The notes beneath the pieces are model-generated. The model did no database searches and was not told where the DNA came from. It saw only the letters and a program-made list of their open reading frames with translations. From Moniliella sp. 'wahieum' (Eukaryota), in assembly GCA_003971905.1 (NCBI GenBank), contig RSEE01000001.1:868001-932000 (forward strand): 64,000 nucleotides of DNA, read 5' to 3'. Each line of letters starts with the position of its first letter. Positions within the stretch are counted from its first letter, which is position 1. The position numbers and the translations under genes were made by a program. This document shows, piece by piece, positions 50,660 through 60,043 of the stretch.

Positions 50660-52599
50660 ATGTCCAACAGCATCTTCTCAGCAGCCCCCTCCATCCCCTT
50701 CCCCCTTCCCTCCACGCCCTCCAAGCCTTCGGTGCCATCTGCATCGCAGCTGTGGCACTGGTCCCCGCCGTCCTGGGGCTCATTGTTTTGCGCTATGTGG
50801 CCATCACCCTCTTTAATCTTCTGACCGATTACTTTGCCCTGGGAAGATATGGCAACTTGCCCCGCCCGCAGCACAAGGGAACGTGGGTAGACATGCTTCG
50901 CGGCGACCTGCCACGCATCATTGCCGAGCCCCGGCCAAGGCGCACAGCGACTTTGCCCAAGAGGCCGGTACGCCAGTCTTGGTCTATCGTCTGCTCTTTT
51001 GGGCACCCCGTCTGCTGCTGGCCGACGCACATGCGACCCTTACATCCTCAGTGCACAGCAGTCCTATTCCTTCCCCAAGCCACAGAGGGCCCGTGAGCAC
51101 CTCTCTCGCAGTCTGGGTGATGGCTTGTTGGTTGTCGAAGGTGCGTGTTCGGGCGTGACTCCTGCGTGCTATTGAGAGATGCTTCTGACGCCCGCTTCCT
51201 TTCCTGATAGGCGACGTGCACAAGAACCAGCGTAAGATCCTCCAGCCTGCATTCAACACCTCGGCCATCCGCGAGCTGATGCCCTCGTTTGCTTGGCATG
51301 CACGACGCCTGGTTGATCGTCGGTCAAAGGGTTGATGCCTGCCAAGGCCCGAGCGACAAGGCCCGCTTCTTGGGACAAACCGACGAGGGAAGTAAGGTCA
51401 GTGAGGCAGGTGCGCCTGTGTTGGATGTGAGCCTGGTTGGGCCGGTGCACACTCGACGTCATCGGAGATACAGGGTTCGATTGGTCGTTTGACTCGATTC
51501 TCGAGGGCGACCCGAATGAGGCACAGACGGAGCGACGTAAGGTGGACGCCATGTCATCCGCTCTCCAGTCTATCTTCGTGCCCTTTCGCCCCAACTTCTG
51601 GGAGATTGCCTTACTCGTCATCCGTTCTCAGCCTGGCCTGGGATTCCTGAAACACTTGCGTCTGCCCTTTGAAGCACAGCAGGATCGCGGCCGGGCTATG
51701 ATCCAAGATTTGGCGATGGATGTTCTTAACACGAAGCGTCAACAGATCCTTCCGACCTCGCCAACGACACCAAGCCCAGCCTAAAGAAGTCGGACTGGGA
51801 AGATGGTATTCCCGCGAGGGGGGAAAGACCTTCTGTTCCTCATGATGCGCAGCAACATGAGTAGCGACCTGGCAGAATCAGAGCGTTTGACCGACGCTGA
51901 ACTCTTGGGGCAACTTACCACACTGCTCATTGCTGGCCACGAGACGACCAGCACCTTGCTCAGCTGGACTTTATATTGCCTCGCCCACAATCCCCATGAA
52001 CAGGCGAGGCTGCGGAAGGAGCTCTTGCAATTTTCCGAAGAATCTGGGCGGGACACACTTTCGTACGACGACCTGGCAGCATTGCCCTTCTTGGACGCTG
52101 TCATCAAGGAGACGCTTCGGATGAGGAGCCCCGTCCCTGCCACGATGCGAACGGCGTTGCACGATGCTGTCATTCCCCTCTCTCGCCCGTACCCCAGCCG
52201 CGACGGCAAGGGAACGGTCGATCACGTTCTAGTCAAGAAGGGGGAGGAGATTTTCTCCCGCTCTTGGTCATCAACACGTCCGAGGAGCTCTGGGGACCCG
52301 ATGCTACTAGTTTCCGTCCGGAACGGTGGTTTGACGTCCCCGCCGCCGCCAAAGCATCCGGCATGCCGCTCCACCTTATGTCGTTCATCTCCGGTCCACG
52401 TGGGTGCATCGGTAACCGATTTGCCCTGGCCGAGGCGAAGGCAATTCTCTTCGCTCTTATCATGGCCTTTGAGTTTTCCCCGGTAGACGGGTGGGAAGTT
52501 GAACCGAGGCAATCGATTGTCATGCGTTTCCGGATCAAGGGCCAGGAGAAAGCGGGCACTCAGATGCCTTTGCGGATCCGGCGTGTGGCGCAACACTAA
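50660..52599 (+). CDS. Cytochrome P450 monooxygenase (frameshifted in assembly)
   Basis: N-terminal TM; HKNQRKILQPAF; TLDVIG; I-helix AGHETTS; K-helix KETLR; FRPERW; heme loop FISGPRGCIG. Confidence 0.95.
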
Positions 52600-52794
52600 A
52601 AACGATTCCTTTTCCTATCGGGTCTCTTGTATCCAGACCGACTCTTTTTACCGCACCTGTTCAACCCCCTCATTCTTGTTTCTTGAGAAGCTCAAGGTGT
52701 GTGTGTGTGATTTCTATGGGGTGAAAGCCAATGACGAACAGGACAATAAATACTACATATCCGAGAGGGCATGGAAAGTACACTTTATTAGGAT

Positions 52795-53861
52795 CTAGCG
52801 AGTTGACGATCCTCCAAAACCGACCTGAACCGACGGTCCTGGCGATGGGGAACGAGGTCGACTGGGTTGATGGTGGGGGCCGATCGGCGCCATGGGTGCG
52901 TCGGTACCAATCGTTATCATGACGACCAAAGGGGCTGTTCCCGCGGTTAAACCCGTCACGCCAGCCCCGGTTATAGTCTTCCCAGGGACGAGGACGGTTG
53001 AGGTCATCAACCCCGCCGTAGATAGGTGCAGGCCCGGAAGGTGAGGGCGGGGCCATGAACCAACGCCAAAACCGTTGGGCTAGCGTGAGTCCCACCGCAC
53101 CTGCTCCTACCCCTGTCGCGAAGGCCGCGCCCCTTCCTCCTCAGACCAGCTCCAAGCCCACGCCCTCCTTCGGGCGTTTGGCCGGCAGATTTGGTATCTC
53201 TAGGTGTGTACGGAGGCGGGGGTGCACCTGGCCCCGGATCCGGGCCAGGGTCTCCATCCCCACCACTGCCGCCTCCACCGCCTCCGCCTCCATTGGGAGG
53301 GTAGCCTGAAAGAGGAGGTTGAGCATATCGAGCTCCAAACCAGCTCCGCAATAGACTCCGTAGCATGACGAGAAGGACAAAGACAAAGAAGGCGAAAAAG
53401 ATGACCGTCATGATCGTCCCGGCTGCAACGAAGACGTCAGTATTCCAAACCTTACAGGGAACGGATCCAATACGCACCAGGATCTGAGCTGCCCTCATCA
53501 GGACGCTCTGGGCCATGGCTTGGGAGCAGGCGGTACGTCAAGCCACAGGAGCCGCGTAGGACATAAGGGTCCCCCGGGCGGGCGAACCCTTCACAGGAAA
53601 CTTGTACCCGTCCCAGACGGACCGAAGACGGAAGGTTGGCTTCACACCGCCAGGTAGGCATCTGGCCCGAATCGTTCGGATCGACATTGGCGCACTGAAT
53701 CACGTCTGGTGCATAGCGGCTACACAACGAGCCCCTCCCTTGACGCTGGGCTCGGTGCAGGTCAGCTGGGCCACGGGGTCGCTGCGGCGTGACTCCGTCC
53801 ACTCGCCCGCATAAAACGTGAGCTGCCGCACCAATGACAGGAGCACACGCGAGTCGTCCAT
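52795..53861 (-). CDS. SARAF/TMEM66 (DUF1183) family protein
   Basis: LTFYAGEWTESRRSDPVAQLTC..YAPDVIQCAN..WRCEANLP..VQVSCEGF..DPYVLRGSCGLTYRL; TM helix; PPPPY; C-terminal GFGGSSTR. Confidence 0.88.
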
Positions 53862-54440
53862 CGCTCAAAGAGGTGGTGGTAGAGGACAAAAAGATGGCCA
53901 CATCTACGCGGCGCAGTTAAGTATTCCAACTAAGTATTGGGACCTCGTTGGCCCGCCACCTGAACCAGGGGGTCAGGCCGGTCAGGTGACCTCACCGGTG
54001 AAATTTGAGAGGGCAGTGCTAGGGCTCACCTGTACGGCCCTCAAGTTGATCGGTGACGTGTGACATGTGACGGTCAGCCAGACGGGAGAGTTCCGTTCGC
54101 AGGCTGCGAACCCCCTGTTCGCTCCATCTCTCTTCTCTCTCTCCTGTCTCCGTTTCTTCAGAGTGCTTGAAGACTTGTGGCTCACCACGTTGCCTTGAAG
54201 CCTCGTCTGATGGGTGTTCTGTGTATCATGACCAGCTGTGTGATGGTTGCTCCAAGTCGTTTTGGTTCAAGACGAGTCGACAAGCCAAAAAAATGGTTCA
54301 TGCACAGAAGGAAGAAGTACAAAGAGATATAAAGATCAAACGGGATATACAGGGCATCGCAAGGTGATCCTACCAGTACATACACACGGACTCCTCCATG
54401 CCAGTAAAGGAGTGATCACTGCAGATTCGAGGAGCAGACG

Positions 54441-56362
54441 TCATGCATCATGACTCCGCAGCAGCTTCGGACTCAATGTCCGCATCAGCAGAACCGCCTC
54501 CACTGGGATGTGAATAAGAACAAGGCGAAAGGCGTCCGCGGGAGCGGCCCCGCTGGGAACAACCATCGTCGGCGCAGGTTCGACTGCCGCAAGCAGCGCA
54601 TTCTCGTCCTCCCCCAGTTCCGTCTCATCGGCACTATCCCTTCCTCGGTAGGGCACGATACATCAGTGCCAGGTCCGGAGGCAGTTGGCTGCTGCGACTT
54701 TGACGGGAGAAAGCGAGCCCAAAACGATGGCCAGGTTGCCCTGTTGCCCGAAGTCTCTTGTACAGCAGTGTTGCGCTCGCCTGAAGCATCTGACTGAGAA
54801 GCCGAGTTGGGGGGGGGAGGAAACTTGGGGTTGGGCCAAAGTTAGGCCAGCACCTTGCGGGCTGGGGGGATTGCTGCAATAGGGAGGTGGGCTTGGAGGT
54901 GGGCTAGATTGACTTGTTGGTTGAGGAGCCTCCCGTTCATCCCCGGCGGGTGGCATAGGCGCGCCCCCAGGCTGAACTGAGGACGAAACAGGCCTTGGAC
55001 AGAGAGACGAAGTAATGGGCGGGGGCGAATTGGGTGAGCTGCTGAGGTCAAGTTGCAGTGGCGCTGGAGGAGGAATCCTTCGGATGCGTGGTACTAAATC
55101 AGGTGGAGCAAGGTGCGCCACGTCAAAAGAAGGAGGCGGAGGGCCCGACTCTTCTTGTGTTACTGGCATATCGGGAATACGCCCGCAAATCCAGACCATA
55201 CTCTGGGAGTAGTCTGTGAAGAGAGGAACCCACACCATGATCATCCAGCTCTGGAACAGCAGATCCACCCCGCCGCAAGCAAGATCGAGCCCCGGATAGC
55301 ACCATAGGGGGGTGGGGGGGGCAATGTCCCCATCATGGGGGCGAATCCGAGCCGGCGCACGTTAGCTTCAATAAAGAGGAAGCCAGCTTGGCCAAAGTTA
55401 ATGTGAATCTCGGCAGGTCCATTGGCAGCGATGGTAGGGAAAAATTGGCCCACGATAGGCCACAAAAGGCATCGCGCAAACGCCGACCGTTTCGAGTAAA
55501 GAAAACGTGCCCCCCACGCGGGTGGAACCCAACACCAATCACGTCGCCTTGAGAATAGGTTGGGCCATACGATGTTTGTTCCAAGGGTGGTTGTGGCACT
55601 TTGTTCCATCGGAAAAGTATCCGACCGATAGGCGCTGGAAACCGGGAAACGGAAGTGAGGGTAAGGCTTAGGAGCGAGGCCGACGGCAACTTGGTCTGGG
55701 GCGGCAGATCAAACATCTTGACTTCGAAGTAGTAAACACTGTTCATTCGGGGCACCGGCAAGTTCGACTGCACGCATGCCGCCCCTCCCTCTTGCAGTGC
55801 CATACCCACTCCGTCCGGGAGAAAGCTGAGCTCGGTCCGTGCCGAGACAAGAATGGAAGGATTGTCTTCATAATTGGGCTCAACGACCAAGCTGCTACCC
55901 CCTTTTCTTGGATACTTACCGACTGGCTCGAGGTAATTTCAGTAGGGACCGATCCCAAGGGATGCTCGGTGGCCCAAACTTTGGCCCGCATGTACCCCTC
56001 GGCGGTTGCAGATTGGTTGTTGGCGACGAGCCCCTGAATATAAGCCGACTCGCGGCACGCCAAACCTTGTCCCACCTCATCATCGTGTTGTACGTCGACC
56101 AAAATTCGTCATCGCCAAGTGGATCGAGTCAGACCGACGAAAAAGGGAAACAGTGATGGTGAAGAGGAGAAGGATGAAAAGAGCGTGCCAAACAAGATGA
56201 GCAAGGTTAAAAGCGAACAAAGGGATCATGCTCGGGAATCATCCCCCCAGGGGGGGACATCCCAGTCATCTCCAGCTGGCGCTGCGGCAGCGCTAGAGGG
56301 AGCGGCGCTGACGTGCTAGAGCGATGAATGAAAAGAGCCAACGCTGAGCCTGGGCAGCCCAT
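54441..56362 (-). CDS. SSH4: SPRY-domain membrane Rsp5 adaptor, Ssh4/Ear1 family
   Basis: N-terminal TM; SIQEKGVAAW; CVQSNLPVP..VYYFEVKM; YGPTYSQGDVIGVG..FFTRNG; FPTIAANGPAEIHINFGQAGFLFIEANVRR; PPPPY. Confidence 0.88.
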
Positions 56363-57297
56363 GGTGGCATCGGGGAGCGACGCGGTGGCGCGTGCAGGTA
56401 CGGCAACCGGCTGGCTGCTCGAGTGGCGAGGGGGAGGAAGAAGTGTGCGGCCCCTGGACATGCGCGTGGGTCGCGGGGGGCCCTGGGCGGCGAAGCGGGG
56501 AGCATTCCTGCCGCGTTGCTCGTAGCGGCAACGGATGTGCGGCGCGCCAAGGACGCCTCTGCGCACGATCGTTGGGAACCATGGCACAGCGTCACGGCCA
56601 CAGCCAGGCAGCCCGTCGCCGGGGGAGCGCCAGACACAGACACAAGACGGAGGCGGTGGGCCAGAGTCGCAGAGCAATCATCGGAGTGGACGATGCGTTG
56701 AGGCAGCGGGGACTGGGCAACTGAAAGTTTGAACCGCTCTCCAAAATCTCTGATCTCAGCACTTGTGAAATGCGATGTGACCCATGTGACCCGTGGCACG
56801 TCGCATCCGGCGTACCCACGGACCACAACGCACCCTCTAGGATTCCGTTCTTGTAGTCCAAGGCCTATGAGCTTCCCCGGTCTCTCCCCCTGTCGATACA
56901 CCTCCAGAGAAATGTGCATGACATCCAGGTATCTCGTCCAGAGAAGCGATCTCCTGCCTTGTGCTGCCCGCTCACCGAGATCATCGGGTCTATAGGGCTG
57001 TTCGAACGAGACTGGCTAGTAGTACTAGCCACAGCTTGGTAATCTGAAGATATGACGCGGCGAAGAAGTGTCGAGCAGCGCAGCGCTAACATCATTCCAA
57101 CTATGTTCTCCGCCTCGGCCAGAAAGGAGGTCACGATAATGCCGTGGTTTCAGCCTCGCCCTAGGTTCTAGATGGGGCCATCCGCGAATAAGACCATCAG
57201 GTAGCGAGACACATGCATGTCTATGTAAGTAATAGAATAACGCTGTTTTGTCCCACAGGAAGCGAGAGAAGGGAACAGAGGAAAGCAATCCAGTGCA

Positions 57298-58188
57298 TTA
57301 TAGTTTGGGCGCCTGCAGCATTGGGGCAAGGCCAAGGTATGGCATGCAAAAAGGCAGCCATTTGCTACAGAAAAGGTCATTGGCTCAGTGAGTGATTGCA
57401 AGAACGAAGATGGTTACTCACCTCCATGCGATCCGATCCGAAGAAGATGGCCTCCTCCCCATCAGGTCGGATAACCTGGATCCAAGGCACACCAAACGCA
57501 CCCAATTCATCCACCAAAGCTTGTGCTTCAGCCTTCATCCGGGCTTTGTTCTCTGGGGTGTTGGAGAGGGACAACAACTCGTTCAAGTAGGATTCCTGTT
57601 GGGAGTACAATGGCAGTAAGATCGCCTTCAAGTCGTCCAAAGTGGCCAAAGGCAAATCGGATGCCCCCCACGTGGATTCGAACAGGGCCTCAATGGCAGG
57701 AATGAGACGTTTGTTGTCTTTGTCTTTGATGACACGCAGCAGAGCCTGCGCTCGGAAGGTGGGGGCAGGGAAGTTGTCGTGAAGGCGAAGGGGAACTGAG
57801 AAGGAGGAGGGATAGAATACGGATTAGCTCCTTCCTCGTGGAAGCAATCGTAAGTGGCTAAAGGGTGAGAACGTACCATTGAAAGAGCTTTGATGCGCGC
57901 GGTAGGTCCTGAGTCATCATCCATGTGCCCTTGTTGGCGACTGTCATGGGGGGCTTGTTGTTAGAGAAGTGCATGATGTAGCCCTGATTGACGGCGTAAA
58001 ATCCTGAATGTGGCCGTGCAGTGGCAATTGTCAGCGCTGGAGAATGCGGGGGGAGGAGGGTTAAGGTGAGAAGCGAAGGCGGACGTACAGGGAGAGGGTT
58101 CCATGCTTTTTCGAGCGCCGTAGCGTGTAGAAGGCGACCTTGGACCAGGGGGAGACAACGTCAAGTAGAGGCGCACTTGGTTCTTCAT
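57298..58188 (-). CDS. GST-kappa / DSBA-like (HCCA isomerase family) thioredoxin-fold protein, multi-exon, ending APKL*
   Basis: VRLY.DVVSPWS; ENKARMKAEAQALVDELGAFGVPWI..FFGSDRME/intron/QMAAFL..APKL*. Confidence 0.85.
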
Positions 58189-58441
58189 CGTGGTTGGTCG
58201 CAGTCAGGTGGTTGAACACAGTGAAGCGCTGAGTCTCTTGCACCAGTGGATAGTGCCACATCCAATCGGAGGCTGAAGGAGCCACGGCGTATGGATTCAT
58301 TGCCGCCTGGGTGGGGCAGCCTGGCCCCTTTCGATTCTGGGCATACCCGGAAGCTGCCGCAGCGAGTACCCGTGGCTGATCTCCTCTGCCACACAGCTGC
58401 CACCCGGCGCAGCCGCTCCCGGAGGCCACTGTTGGGCGATG

Positions 58442-58468
58442 CATGATGTATGATGCATGATGCATGGT
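58442..58468. repeat. CATGATG-type array in the divergent GST-kappa/APS2 promoter
   Basis: CATGATG TATGATG CATGATG CATGGTT. Confidence 0.8.
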
Positions 58469-58591
58469 TGTGGTTGATGATTGCCTAATAGCACGTGGCG
58501 CCGCATTCCGCTGGCTACGCACATGGCATTTGCGCGCAACCCCAGCCCCCACCACTATCTGCCGGCCCTGCTTGCAGCTGCGCCCGTGTCG

Positions 58592-59105
58592 ATGATCCGC
58601 TTTATCATTGTCCAAAACAAACAGGGAAAGGCCCGTCTTGTCAATGGTATGCGCCTTACGATGACGACGAAAGCCCAAGGTGCAGGCCGAGGTTCATCGT
58701 CTCGTTGCCCCCGCGATACCAGGAGCCAGTCCAACTTTGTCGAGTTCCGCACGCACAGATTGTCTATCGCCGCTACGCCGGCCTCTTCTTCTGTGTCTGC
58801 GTCGATAGCAACGACAATGAACTGGCATCCCTAGAGGCAATTCACTTCTTTGTCGAGGTCCTCGGTATGTTGTGGCCCTTGCGCCCAGAGGCAAATAGGC
58901 ATACCAGCCCTAACCATGCATGGGAGCAGACGCCTTCTTTGGCAATGTGTGTGAGCTGGATCTCGTCTTCAATTTTTACAAGGTATACGCTATTTTGGAT
59001 GAGGTATTCCTTGCTGGAGAAGTAGAGGAAACAGCAAGAGTGCCGTGCTCAACCGGCTGGACTACCGTGCGTCTCTTGATCGATTGCCGGGAAGAAGGAT
59101 ACTAA
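58592..59105 (+). CDS. APS2: AP-2 clathrin adaptor sigma subunit (3' end approximate)
   Basis: [93 protein letters not shown]. Confidence 0.95.
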
Positions 59106-60043
59106 CTATAAGAGGTTTGCATGCTCCCAGTGGAGCGGCTCGAGTAGAAACCCCACGCGCAAATTGGCACTCCCGGGTCTTTTACGAGCCTTTTCCACCT
59201 TTCCATCCATCTCTCTTGTCGCAGTGGCTAGCTTCCTGTATATTTGTACTTTTATTCCAACTGCACTTTCCATGCGACCCTTTTTGGTTTCGGTTGCCAT
59301 CACTAGCAAGGTAGCGCGCAAAGCCTCTGCTTGTCAGCGATTTCATCGCCCTTTGCTTGTGCACGTATGAGCCAGGACCGGACACGCAGCGCCTTCGATT
59401 CTGGATAGCTCGCCGTAGCGCTACCACCTCACCTCCGTGGGGAGGGGAACTACACCAGAACCCCCCGTATCAGCGATGCGCAGCTGATGTTAAAGTCAAT
59501 GGCGAGGTGAGTGTTGAAGAGGAAGGCTTGAGGGTACTGGCCCTGAGGATGAGATTGAGTATCGCCGACTGAGGACTGACTGAGTATTGGTGAGGATCGC
59601 GGGAGGAATGAGCGGGTGAGACCAAGGCCCGAGGCGTGCGGGTGGCCTGAGCGCTGGCGCGGCTGCGCTTGGGCCGAGCGGAATGGATGGTGAATGTTTC
59701 ATGGCCGGCTGGCGCGGCGTCAGCTTGGCTGCATGCGACCCCAACTGCCCCCCCGCGCCGCAGCCCGCAAGGAGGCAGTGTCACCCGGCGGGCGGAGGCG
59801 GCCGAAAGGGGCTCAGCACGAGGGCAGTGTGCTGGGTTATCGCCACCCACTCACCTATACCCTCGCCCCCCTTGCTGATACGCTTAAAACAGGACCTCAA
59901 AGCCTGGCCCTCTGACGCAGCTCCTCCTCTGCCGTCCATCCACCGCCTGCCCTTCCCTCCTCCTCTCGCTCTTCCACCACCTGCCCGCCTCCGCCCCGTC
60001 TTGTCCTCCCCCCCCCGTGCCCCCCATCCAGCTGTGCAGCATC

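Noticed and set aside
50660..52599. Secondary-metabolite cluster around the P450
   Set aside because: The neighbours are BLCAP, SARAF and SSH4; there is no synthase, transporter or cluster regulator.
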